Positions 39,101 through 50,817 of a stretch of DNA of 64,000 nt are shown in pieces. The notes beneath the pieces are model-generated. The model was not told the origin of the DNA, ran no database searches, and was given only the letters and a program-made list of their open reading frames with translations. Location: the NCBI GenBank assembly GCA_040954595.2, contig CM082584.2:4158110-4222109 (forward strand). The letters run 5' to 3'. The DNA comes from Balanoglossus misakiensis (lineage: Eukaryota > Animalia > Hemichordata). Each line of letters begins with the position of its first letter. Position 1 is the stretch's first letter. A program made the position numbers and the translations under genes.

Positions 39101-42100
39101 CATTTCAGCCATATACGGGCGTATGTAAATTGGAGGTGACTGTAAACCTTTAAGTTTATGTTTATACCATATAACCAAAGATGTTTTGAATATTATCCAA
39201 ACAGTGATCTTTTCCATGTTCACTTTGTAGTTCTTGTCAAATAATACTGTTCATTACAAGAGTGCCAGTACAAGAGGTGAGTAAATGTTTGGCTGTTTCA
39301 CACAGAGTTCATACATTCCTGGAAAAATCTTTGAAAGTTTTTAAAATGTGAAACCTGGAAAATCTGTAAGAGTTAATAAACAAATCACTGCCAGAGAATT
39401 CCATCTATTGTGATGCCATAAACATGACATGTTTTAACCTGAAGCAATGACTGGCCTTTTTAATCTGTTGATCTAACAGGGAATATATCAATGACATATG
39501 ACTTGTTATTACGTTACTTACCAGTAGCTTTGTTACAGTTGGGGAGAAATAATGAAAAGCTGAGAAATTTATATGGCTTGCCTGAGTGGTCACATGATTG
39601 TACCATGTTTAAGTTCAAGCAACCTTTTGATAGTTCTATTTTGGTTTTTGGCCAATCTTACAGCAATAGAGTTCAGTTCTACCTTATATTATTTCAAATA
39701 GCCATAATAAACACCCTTCTTTTCTTAATATGTGGGATTGTTTTTAAAATGTTAATACAATGCTTTGTGTCTAGAGTACATGATTATTTTTTTATAAATC
39801 TATTTTATTTTAAACTTTTTACTTTGTATTTTATGTCAAATTGATTTACTTTATTTTGTTTTATTTATGTTCGATTTACATTGTGATTGTTTTATTTGTT
39901 GTTTTGTTATGTTTTGTTTTGTTATGTTTGTGTTTGTTTTTGTTTTGTTTTTGTTCTTAACTGCCACACAAAGAGTTGCCTGAGGGGGGATGGTAAAGAA
40001 TAATGTTATTGGTGTTTGGTGTACACTTCAATCTTCAGAATTGGATGCAATACTGGGAGATACTCAATGTGAAATAACAGGTAATATTATTTTACTTGAA
40101 ACATTCTTATGTATTTTACTGCTGTTATATCCTTCTTAACAATAGCACAATGAAAAAAAATGTATTCAGATTATGATCAAAGCTGGTTCTTCATGGGGGT
40201 TTTTGTTCAAAAAAGTTTCAAACCAGCATCCCAGATACCTTTGAATTGGTCTAAAGCAATCATGAATAGACCCCCAAAAATTATCTGAAGGATTGAAGGT
40301 TTTTCAGAAAAGCCTGGTATTGATGCCATTATGTAAATCAATTAATTTGCATATTTAATCAATTTAGTTAATTAAAGAGGTAATGTTCAAGTTGTTGCAC
40401 CACATTTGATAAAATTGCCTGTGATCATACAAATTGTTATTTGAGAACTAAGTTTACCCAGGATATGTGGTCTCTTGTCATAAAAGAAGCAATCTCATTG
40501 GCTGTTTCCTGGCTCTTGAGAATACTATGAGGTTATCACCCCATATCACCTCTTGTTGGGCCATATTTGCCGTGAGTGTGGGTTGTGAGCTGCATCACAC
40601 TATATTGTATTGTATTGTATTGTATTGTATTGTATTGTATCCCATTGTATCCTATTGTATTGTATTGCAGACCATGAGACAACTATCATGCATAGACTTC
40701 AAAATACTATCTTAGAGCACAGTGAAGTCTTAAATGCAGTTCTGGAATATGCTGCTGAACTGGATTGGTAAGATGATAACAAAAAATATTTTCAAATATT
40801 TGTACTTGTGTGAATTCTATGGGATTCGTCACAAAATACCCGGTATGTGCATTGAACAGTTGGTAATTTTGAGCTATTGTAAAGTGGCTATTTGTAGTGT
40901 AGTAATAAAAGCCTTCTCGCAATATTAGTAAACCAGAGTCCCTCTATCAAGAGAGATCATGAGTAAACTATAATAGTATGTACATGAACATGTATTGTTT
41001 TGTTAATAATTTAGTACACCGGTAGTCAGCAGAAATTGATATAGAATATTAAAGCCAACATGCATTTGTGTTTCTTTTCAGTCTAATATCACTGGCTGTA
41101 TGCGCAAAGGAATATAACTACACACAACCAGTATTAACACAAAACAATGTAATACACATCAGAGGTGGCAGACATCCACTACAAGAACTTTGTGTCAGTC
41201 CATTTGTACCAAACGATACTCTATCTGGTGACAAAGGCAGCAAAATTAAATTTCTGACTGGTCCAAATTCAAGTGGTAAAAGTGTCTACATAAAGCAGGT
41301 AATGTACAATTCTCCCTACCTTAAATAGTGTTTTGCTACCTAAGTGAGTGATGAAAATCTCATATGGTCGACACAATTTCAAGATGGCCGATTTTTGGCA
41401 TGTTTAACAAACAGGAGTTCATAAGCTAAAGTGATGATGGGTCATTTTGAAACTTTTTAACAGAAAAAATATCAAAATGTGAAAAAAGTTTAATGAGTTA
41501 AAATGCTAACTACAGACAATATGTTTGACTAAAGAAATTCATGAAATACAGTAAACATATCATATTTCTTCTATCTCTTTAGTGGGTTGTCGACTTTTCG
41601 CCCAGAATGCAATGTGATTTGACCCCCTAGCGCAAAGTGAATACCTATTTAAGGCAGCCAGAATTGGAAGCATAATGATATCTGTCAGAAAAAAATTGAG
41701 AAGCCCTGCGCTCCTAACCCAATCTGATTAACATCAGATGTAGAGTTAGGCGGTGTCTTTACTTTTGCTGATTCTTGGCTGTTCTGTTTGGAAGGGGGCC
41801 AAGACAGAGAACAGAATAGCCAAAACTATCGTACCAGCACCTAACTCTGCATCTGATTAACAAGCAAAAAATACAGAAACAACAACCACAGTGTCATGAT
41901 AAACAACGCGGTGTCTTGAATTGAGCCGCCCACTCACGCGATCGAGCAGCTGACACAAGAAGTGGCCTGTGTCAAAGTCCCATCTTACGTAGTATGTAGC
42001 TGTATACCAGCAGATCCTTTCTATTTTTATCAAACTCTGTGTACCGGGTATATGTTGTTAACAGATCTGGGTGTTGGTAACCTGTGTTGTGAGGGCTACT

Positions 42101-45100
42101 ATGAAGTTGGAAATTTTGCACGCGTCTTTAACTTGCCATAACATTACCTACATTTTGACAGGTTGGTCTGATTGTATTTCTGGCTCATATTGGGAGTTTT
42201 GTACCAGCCGAGTCTGCCCACATTTGTATGCTGGATAGAATCTTTACCAGGATTCATTCCAGGGAATCTGTCACCACTGGCCTCTCCACATTCCTTATTG
42301 ATCTCAATCAGGTGAGAATGCATGTTACATTAGATATTTGGTTTTAAAGAGTGTGACGATCGTCTTATGCGCACGTGAGACTCTATGGTTACAGAAATTG
42401 TATACAGTCAATGCCATAATTAAGGCAGTGTTCTGTCCTGACAACAGACAAGATGGCAGAGACCATAGTCTGTGTTCGGAGACCAGGAAAAGACAGCAAA
42501 TTGGGGGGAAGGAAGGAAGTCTACTGATATGATATGCATGAAATATCGAAGGAAGTGAAGGCAGTCCACTATTGCGTCGAACGCAAAATTTGCAGAACAT
42601 TTGGATTGGACGTAATGTTAAAAATTGTGCACACGACATTACGCATATACGCATACGTTGATTGTCAGCCTTTAACAGTATGTATTTCCATGTATTTCTG
42701 TGTGTATATTATTTCATAAATGGATTCATTAGCCAACAGATGAAAAAGCTCAGTTGTAGAATTCATTACCCACCCACAATTCCTGGATAATATACAATGA
42801 AGAAGCTTGAGAAAGTAAAGTATAAAATCTTTGAAACAATGAAATTCTACACCAAAATATAGAAATTCGCAGTTGAACAATATCTGAAAAGAATGTTTCT
42901 CTAGGGTGTGCATGATAATAGTAAATTATAAAAACTTTGTCTACTGTAAAACGGGTTATTTTCGCGACAGGTAATTTTCCCAATATCAAAACAGGCAACT
43001 GTTATAAGAGGATTTATTTTCGCATTGTCGTATTTCTCGTGCATCGTTATCTCTGAAAAACATTTTATGTGACTTTTTATTTACATGTTTTTTGGCTCTC
43101 GCGTATTTCGCGAACATTTAGTGCTCGCGAAAATAACCCCTTTTACAGTATTTTTTTCATAAATTTAATTATGTTACATTCCATTGCTGCTGTTACTGGT
43201 TTCAAAAACATATAATATTTTCTTTATAGATTTGTGTGGCATTAAAGTATGCAGGTGAGCGTTCATTGGTGTTGCTGGATGAATTTGGAAAGGGTACACA
43301 GACAATGGATGGAATAGCCTTACTATGTGGCTGTTTACAGCATTGGATAAACCAGGCCAAGAATTGTCCTCATGTCTTGGTATCATCTCATTTCCATACC
43401 ATTGTACATCAACATCTGCTGTCAAGGTCATCCATCATTCAATTTCAGGTCAGTCAATCTTTGCATCTCCTGTTTTAGTGTCGCTATATTCAAACTGGGA
43501 TGTTCACATGAAACAAAATTAGAAGACATCAACTTGTGATGGCCGCTAGCTCTCATTAAAGTAGTATATGCTTCGGAAATCAAAGTCAAAGACTTTTCTC
43601 ATATTTTGCTGAAGTATTCTAGCTCTCTTTAAGGTTGAGAATAAAAATTAAAGGCCCACCTTGCAGAATTTTGAATGATCAGAGAACAAAATTGTCTCAA
43701 ATTTGAAATTCAATTTGAAGTCTCTGTGTTTACTCTATGGAAAATATTTAAAATACTGATTATTATGAAAACAAGATGGCAAACACCCTATTATCTTCTT
43801 TATTTCAAAAAGACTCCTCACACGCTTTAGCAAAGAATTAAAATGAATGGAGGACTGTCATATTTCTGATTATCTTTCTCCAAGGCACATCCTACCTTAA
43901 TTATTTTATTCCTCTCTGACAGATGATGGAAGTTTTGGAAGACAAGGATGAATTGGTGTCCCTCTATCAATTAATTGATGGCCATAATAGCAGCAGTTAT
44001 GCCCACCATGTTGCCAAAGTTGCTGGATTGCCGACCAAGATACTGGTCAGAGCTCAAGATGTCATTTTCAATTATTCTTTATTTCATGCAGTAATCTTTA
44101 ACCCTTTCACCCCCAGTATTCACTATAGAGGTCTTACTCATACCATAGAAAAGAAGGGTTAAAAATGCAGTTTTGTACTGTTCTGAGTCTGCATAGGCAA
44201 ACCATGGTATGTTTGTGTGAATAGGAACATCCATACTTTAAAGCCCCTATAGCTGTCAAATTTCAAATATTTTTTCCACACAAAAAACATCAAATATATA
44301 TTGCCTATCCTCTGAAATCTTCACCATTAAGCCGTATAACTTGCATTTGCATCAGTTTGTCATCTCTTGGCGACGCATACCACGATAGCTGCGTACTGTA
44401 TGGAGGCTGAATAAATGGATGTGGCACCTGTTTAATACATAGCGTGTTCAAATTGCAACATGCAGTCACAGTCGGGCATGGATAAGGTGTTCATGTATAC
44501 CTATCAGGAAGCTTTATTTAGATGAACCAATTTAAGGATGTACGTTCAGTAATATTGAAAGTATTGTCATTTTTTTTAATTGTGGATTTTTGGATTCTCT
44601 TGTGTATACATAATGAAAATCCGTGATAAAATAATAGGGGTCACCTCGCTTGTTTTTGAAATACAGAGCCATGAATTTAGTCGATAATAGAAGAAAACTG
44701 CTGACTCAGCATTTTTCACCAATGGTCTATGGGCAAAATTTTTAACGCAATTTATCTCAAAATATAGCGCGGTGACCCCTATATTTTATTTGACCAATGA
44801 ATTTAAATTTACTGGACTACTAGCTTTGTGTGAAATTTCGTGAAAATGACAATAGTAGAAGTTTGTTTTCTAGCAATTATCAATGTAATCCTATGGGAAA
44901 AAGTCGGGTCGCGCAGTTTTCTGGGTTTTGTTCTGCGCGTACATCCTTAAGTTGGAAAATAAAGTCATGAAAATAATGCAAAAAGTGGCAGCTATAGAAG
45001 ACTAAGAGGCTTTAAAATATCCTTTTTGTGGGACAAGACTACAGATAACGTGATTGAAAGGCACTGTCTTGCAGTTGTAAAAATGAGTAGCCATGCAATC

Positions 45101-45784
45101 AACTAATCTCAGTTTAATTAATACTGCTTTTTGCACACTCTAAGATTACACACACAACATGAGTGATTTCAAGGAATGATTTTATATACGAAAAATTAAT
45201 ATATTTTTCAAAGGTACAGGACTGATGGTTATGCATATTTTTTTTATTTGTCAAGAACAAAAGTCATGACAACAAGTTTGTTAAAAGGCACACTGACTGA
45301 TGCAGTGTGCTCATTTGAAGAATTTGGACAGATACAGACTTACTGTAAAACGGGTTATTTTCGCGTCAGGAAATTTTCGCGATATCAAAGGAGGCAACTG
45401 TTACGCAAGAATTAAATTTTCGCGTTCTCTTATTTTTACTGGATAGTTATCTCCGAAAAACGTTTTATGCGACTTTTCATTTTCACATTTTTTTGGCTCT
45501 CGCGTATTTCGCGTAAATTTTTTTCTCGCGAAAATAACCCGTTTTACAGTATTCAGCCTCAGCTTGCTACAGTGATTCATTAACATGTGAATATCCTTTG
45601 GTGATTACAGGTGTGGTCGTTGCTTCAACAGAAGAAAGCAATACACATTCCGCATGTATCCAATGATGACAAGAAGACGAGTTGTGAAGCAGTTGTTCGA
45701 CAATTTCTGAATTTGAATTTTGAGAAAGATAATCTGCAATCGTTTCTTGGTCAATTGATTACCATTGTTTCTCAGAAAACATGA
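18196..45784 (+). CDS. MSH5: MutS homolog 5, copy B, complete (22 coding exons, 2544 nt, 847 aa)
   Basis: Exons 18196-18390, 19414-19537, 20765-20845, 21153-21218, 21933-22054, 22314-22423, 23627-23748, 33324-33369, 34524-34662, 35103-35165, 36386-36457, 37301-37357, 38118-38190, 38693-38883, 39231-39276, 40039-40080, 40671-40767, 41082-41298, 42162-42311, 43230-43448, 43923-44060, 45611-45784 (TGA) splice into one open frame. MSH5-typical segments: [87 protein letters not shown]. Confidence 0.95.
20110..20300 (+). mobile_element. Probable L2-clade LINE/SINE 3' tail fragment, copy B specific
   Basis: tgtacagcgcttt..aaagcg stem followed by a (tat)n tail; lies within a ~300-bp block absent from copy C (~56145). 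Confidence 0.45.
21267..21674. mobile_element. TTAA MITE family A (Kolobok-like, ~400 bp); ortholog 57472-57880
   Basis: TIR ttaaggatgtacg / cgtacatccttaa; five copies in the window. Confidence 0.9.
24089..24512. mobile_element. Degenerate TIR element (gggacc..ggtccc); ortholog ~60788-61212
   Basis: Inverted ends gggaccgtctcag..gtcacataagctcaacaaac / gtttgttgagcttaggtgac..ctgaaatggtccc. Confidence 0.55.
24860..25177 (+). promoter_or_regulatory. Putative promoter and non-coding exon 1 of the nested TRIM gene, copy B
   Basis: CCAAT/ATTGG boxes and TTTATA at ~24900-24922; strong donor AAG|GTAAGG (GT at 25172). The TRIM ATG exon begins with an acceptor at 26082. Conserved at ~61590-61893. Confidence 0.45.
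26102..31556 (+). CDS. TRIM (RING-Bbox1-Bbox2-coiled coil) E3 ubiquitin ligase with C-terminal Deltex DTC-like domain, copy B, nested in the MSH5 intron after coding exon 7; 557 aa
   Basis: Exons 26102-27514 (donor GGA|GTAAGT), 29313-29497, 31481-31556 (TAA). [21 protein letters not shown]; B-box1 CDLC..CKEC..LCDGC..H..H; B-box2 CTVH..FCDHC..VCVKC..H..H; coiled coil. Then [21 protein letters not shown]|[53 protein letters not shown], matching the DTX3/DTX3L DTC pattern. Confidence 0.9.
32716..33198. mobile_element. TAG..CTA TIR element(s), copy B specific; right-end fragments at ~24597-24744 and ~61310-61456
   Basis: tagtctggtcctctgccccattccc (twice, at 32716 and 32946) / gggaatggggcaggggaccagacta. 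Block absent in copy A at ~2462. Confidence 0.75.
33884..34239. mobile_element. TTAA MITE family B (Kolobok-like, ~350 bp); also 38225-38576, 56404-56759 and a deleted copy at 58318-58387
   Basis: TIR ttaaagggacaaagtctctctctcgctgccc / gggcagcgagagagagactttgtccctttaa. Empty sites at 3101 and 20562 show a single TTAA. Confidence 0.9.
35266..36085. mobile_element. Family A MITE interrupted by a nested hairpin-plus-arm element (~35613-36016)
   Basis: Family A ends with TTAA TSD (empty site at ~4104); internal ~195-bp palindrome at 35619-35813 plus an arm ttattacatatgt..acatatgtaataa. Confidence 0.85.
44532..44950. mobile_element. Family A MITE (reverse orientation) nested in a family E MITE
   Basis: TTAA TSD; empty site at 14282. 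Confidence 0.9.
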
Positions 45785-46984
45785 ATTTTGATATAAAGTT
45801 TTGCCCGAGGAAAGATCCTTATCTCCACATCTGTGCTCATAAACGATGCATTTTACCATCAATATTTTAGTGTGATAAAATCAAAATACCTATGTACCTG
45901 GAAAATCTAAGTATATATAATGCAGAGATCATCAAGCCAAAACGAATGCATCCATTGTGAATCTAGCAGATACACTTTGTTCACTGTTTAACAGGAGTTT
46001 GGTATTTGAAAATGTCGCTTGTAAAATATACCACTCTTTGTGTAGTGTTTTCAAAGTACTGGCATAAAGTACATAGAAACTGTCGAAGTACACATTAAAA
46101 AAATACTGTTTTAACCACTGTTTGTGGGTTCTATATGCATGATACAAGGTCCATCACTCAAGTTCCACACTTCCATTCACCAGAATTGTAATAAGTGTAT
46201 TGCACTCCTTTTTATGCAAAACTCCAATGATCCTTTAAAGGTATACGGTCACCTCCAATTTACACACGCCCATATACGTCAGAAATGGTGTATTTGAGTG
46301 TTTTAAAGAGCATATGGTGGCGCTCTTTTTTCATGTGTGCACCCACTGAAAATCTGTGACTGGCTAGATCTCAATTTTCCATGGTAACTGTAGCTATATT
46401 TGTATAGGTGACTGTATACCTTTAATGTATTGGTGACGGAAGTCTCCCCAACCTTTGAGAACATGTCATTTACAGACTCCCGAAAGAGACAATGAGAGGC
46501 TCCATTTATTCCCATGTCAGTTTTCAATTATAATATCCTCCTGTCTTTCATGCAAAATGCATTGAACGAGAGAAAGCCTGCAGTCTCAATTTTTATGATT
46601 ATCTGTTGAATTCAGGTTGATATTTACTTTCTTTATAAATAGATGACAAAAGTTTGCTATGTGGATAAGATTTTGCAGTGATTTTACTAAGGTTGGGAAA
46701 CATTGGTTTTATACCCATGGGAAAATTAGGGCATTAGACTGGAAAGGTTGGTCACTGCAACTCACTGATAATCATGATTCGTTCGTGAGAGAGGGAGAGG
46801 GAGAGGGAGGGAGGGTGGAGAGTGCCCTCAAAACAACATGTCTTTCAGTCAGACCAACCAACCAAGGATTGTAGCTTCAATCAAGTACCATATAAAACAT
46901 GTGTGTCTGTCTAAGGAATTTTACTCTAGAAAAACTTCTTTGAGGTAGTGATCATCACAAATGTCAAAAGAGAATCAACAGGGC

Positions 46985-47597
46985 TTAAAGCCCCAGTATT
47001 TCTCGTGTGCATCCATTTTTCATCATCGAAAAAAGCCCGTTTTTCCAGTACATCCATCATGGAATACTATATAATGAAGATGTAAGAAAGGTTTGGGCAA
47101 TTGTAGCTACATGCAAGCCGAAAATATCGCCCGTAACACTTGAAATGATGCGCGGGTTTGTTTACAACGGAAATGTTGTACATGTCGATCAGCAAACGTG
47201 CCACTTTGACATTTTGATGGTCAGACCATTTTCGGATTTGATCTGGTTCCATCGACTGATATTTCTCCCATAAAGTTATCTTCCCAAAATTTCGCCGAAT
47301 TAGTGCGCATTTCTTCGCTGAGTCGCTTGATTTGGGGCGACCAAACCTCTTCCGCATAGATTCACATTTGAGTGCGCATGCGCACTAGTCACGTGTGTCA
47401 ACATTAGCCTGACTCACGTGACTTTCTGTCCGGACAGAAAGTCATTCTTCACTCGTTATATTGTAAATTGTATGAGTTTATCAGCAGAGCTGGGGATGAT
47501 GACTGTTCGATTCAGTATCAATTATCATCTACTTTTAGAAATTATAGATGCCGTTTCAAACAAAATTTTGCCCCTACGAGAAATACTGTGGCTTTAA
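46985..47597. mobile_element. TTAA MITE family D (~610 bp, Kolobok-like)
   Basis: TIR ttaaagccccagtatttctcgt / acgagaaatactg(t/g)ggctttaa; absent at the orthologous site ~15530. Confidence 0.9.
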
Positions 47598-47914
47598 GGT
47601 TGAGATTTGAACAATCAAAATTTGATTATCCATCTTTTTTTCAATGCCATGTTGTGCACTTTGGATAAGTTGTCAGAAATTTGAAAATGTTTAAAAGTTC
47701 TTTCATATATCGTTGATTTCAGTGACTGACATTTTGCAGTGACTGAGTTTTATATGAGTTTTTATGTTGAAAAAAACACCCAAAGAGTTTATAACAAAAT
47801 AAAATGATACAGTTCATTACAGGTGTTTTGCTCATGTATGTGGATGTATGTGATGAGGACAATTCGATGGTCATTAGAATGAAAAAACAACAACAACAGA
47901 ATGACGTTATATGC

Positions 47915-48301
47915 TAGTCTAGAATCTATCCGTTCGTAGTCGCATTCACCCTACTACCGTCTAGGACCGCAGAACCAAAATCTAGTAAGGCCATAAAAAT
48001 GGTAATTTGAATGTGAATAGTCTCCAACTGAGCAGTCTGACGTCAGAGAAGTCAATCACTTACGTTGACCGACTACTGATTGGCCGTGAGGTGATGACGT
48101 TGAATGTTACTTATGTTTACAATGTAGCTCCGCCCCGAATGATACATAATCATGATCACGTGGTGACGCTTGACGTCAGATTGCTCAGTTGGAGACTATT
48201 CACATTCAAATTACCATTTTTATGGCCTTACTAGATTTTGGTTCTGCGGTCCTAGACGGTAGTAGGGTGAATGCGACTACGAACGGATAGATTCTAGACT
48301 A
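47915..48301. mobile_element. 387-bp non-autonomous DNA transposon with ~130-bp TIRs, TAG..CTA ends and 9-bp TSD
   Basis: TSD gttatatgc at 47906-47914 and 48302-48310; empty site at 15846. Confidence 0.9.
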
Positions 48302-48894
48302 GTTATATGCATGCATGTAAAAACTTGAATGGTAAGGGTTCAGCAATTGTTTGGGGGGGGTCACTTAAATTTTGAAATCCAAAAGGGGGTCATCTTTTTT
48401 TTTTTTTGAGATGTTTAGGGGGGTCACATACTTTTGCCACCGAACTTTTGCTAGGACACCCCCTCCCATACTCACCCCCTTCATTCTTTGCCACATCTAG
48501 TGTACCAGGACAGAGTTCTTGTCACCCCACCCCACCAATGCTTACTTTGAGTGGAGTGGCAAAAGTAAAATTGGTCCTCCAAGCATTTAGTTAATTTGCT
48601 TTTGAGTTCATTAAAATGCAACTTTGAGCTCCATATTTAACAAAAATTTCTTTCCCACCCCCTTCATTCTTCACCACATCTACCCAGGGCGGAGTACTTG
48701 CCCACCCTCCCCCACCCACCCATCCATGCTAACTTTGAGTGGCTAAAATTAAATTAAATTAAAGTTCACCTTATATATATATATATCAATAATAGCGAAA
48801 CCAGAAAGCTTCTGTTGAAAATTTTATCGTAAAAACGTACAGTCCCTATGAAAATATAGCACCATTTGATTACACTCCCCATTCCTTGAATAGG

Positions 48895-49140
48895 CTAATC
48901 CACATTACGTCAGCTTAAATTATACTAAATTTAGAAAGAACGAGAACTCCCTCATACGTCATTGTAAATTTGCAGACCAATTGTTCAATTCGGGGTAAAT
49001 GACCTTTGATTTCTTTGAACAGCTACGTCAAATCTTCCATTTACAGCTAGGACTTGGTAATCGCGGCCACTGGGTCCAAAGTTTAGGCAGTTAACACCAT
49101 CTTTGGCATGTAGTTGTTTGCTTTCACGAAAGGTGAGTTT
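48895..49140 (+). promoter_or_regulatory. Putative promoter and non-coding first exon of MSH5 copy C
   Basis: Homolog of 16410-16645: TACGTCA x3, GGCAGTT at 49086-49092, donor AAG|GTGAGT (GT at 49133). Confidence 0.55.
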
Positions 49141-50215
49141 AGGTAGGCGCGGAATGGGACGTTTTGTATTCCATAGGAAATGCGATAGTGACAGGCATCG
49201 GCCATTGTGACCTCCATGGTTCATGATCAAAGCAGAAGAATTTTGGATCGCGCGAAGGCTGTTTTGCTAATTGCTAACCATTGATGACTCAAGTCTTCAA
49301 TGTTCTAGAGATTGTAGTCGAGCTATAAAAAAAAAAAGATCCGCTTGAGCGAACGATGGTCTTGCCACCAAAACAACAACTCTCCCGGGCCCAGGCTCCT
49401 GATTCGTATTCGCATGCATTGAGGTTCCTTCTGTAGTCAGTAGCTCTCTGCGTGGCATGGGATGTGTGTCTTCCGGCGATGCTTCGAAACATCTCCGCGC
49501 CGTTTAGACAAACAGCCCCGCCACGTAGAACTACTTCTGTGGTACCTCCATGCGTAGGGCTAGCCTCCACCACATGGAAAGCAAGATGGGTCTGTGACCT
49601 GGTACTCGATTATGGAGTGAGATTCCCGCCAAAACAGATTAATATTCTTATTTATTTATTTATTTGCTTGTTATGTATCATCATGTTTTTGCAATTTATT
49701 GCAGTTGTTTGATTATTTCAGTTTATTTTATCATTAAATTTTTTACAATATTTTTCGATCTCGTTCAGTAGTATTTTTCTTTTTATTTTATCAGTTTATC
49801 ATTCAAATAATTTACATGATTTATTTTATTATTTCTATGACTTCATTAAAGTTGACTTTTTACAAATTTAACTTCTTTTTGCATGAGTATCAGGCAAATT
49901 ATTCTCTCAATTTGTCATTTCATCCGTTCAGTCATTATTTTTCATTTCATTTCAGTTTTTCATTCAAATAATTTGCATGATTTATTTCAATGTTTCACTA
50001 AAGTTGATTTTTTAAGCATCTAATTTCTGTTATATCCTTACAATATGAAATTGTGTGTACTCAAATTACTGTCAGTTACACCAATTACCATGTCTAAAAT
50101 TCTTACAAATGGCTTTGACTACCCCCCCCCCCCCCCCCCCCCCCCCCCGGGTATATGCAACACCTAACTATAAACAAAAGAGAACAAAAGCCCTTTTTTT
50201 TTTTATAATCCAAGT

Positions 50216-50817
50216 TTAAAGCCCCAGTATTTCTCGTAGGGGCAAAATTTTGTTTGAAACGGCATCTATAATTTCTAAAAGTAGATGATAATTGATACTG
50301 AATCGAACAGTCATCATCCCCAGCTCTGCTCATAAACTCATACAATTTACAATATAACGAGTGAAGAATGACTTTCTGTCCGGACAGAAAGTCACGTGAG
50401 TGTTGACACACGTGACTAGTGCGCATGCGCACTCAAATGTGAATCTATGCGGAAGAGGTTTGGTCGCCCCAAATCAAGCGACTCAGCGAAGAAATGCGCA
50501 CTAATTCGGCGAAATTTTGGGAAGATAACTTTATGGGAGAAATCAGTCGATGGAACCAGATCAAATCCGAAAATGGTCTGACCATCAAAATGTCAAAGTG
50601 GCACGATTGCTGATCGACATGTACAACATTTCCGTTGTAAACAAACCCGCGCATCATTTCAAGTGTTACGGGCAATATTTACAGCTTGCACGTAGCTACA
50701 GTTGCCCAAACCTTTCTTCTATCTTCATTATGTAGTATTCCATGATGAATGTACAGGAAAAACGGGCATTTTTCGATGATGAAAAATGGATACACACGAG
50801 AAATACTGGGGCTTTAA
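50216..50817. mobile_element. Family D MITE, inverted relative to 46985-47597
   Basis: Reverse complement of the 46985 element; TTAA at both ends. Confidence 0.9.

Noticed and set aside
49289-49712. GC-richer stretch with 86-94 aa ORFs in copy C intron 1
   Set aside because: No recognisable protein motif or splice context in the frames I read.
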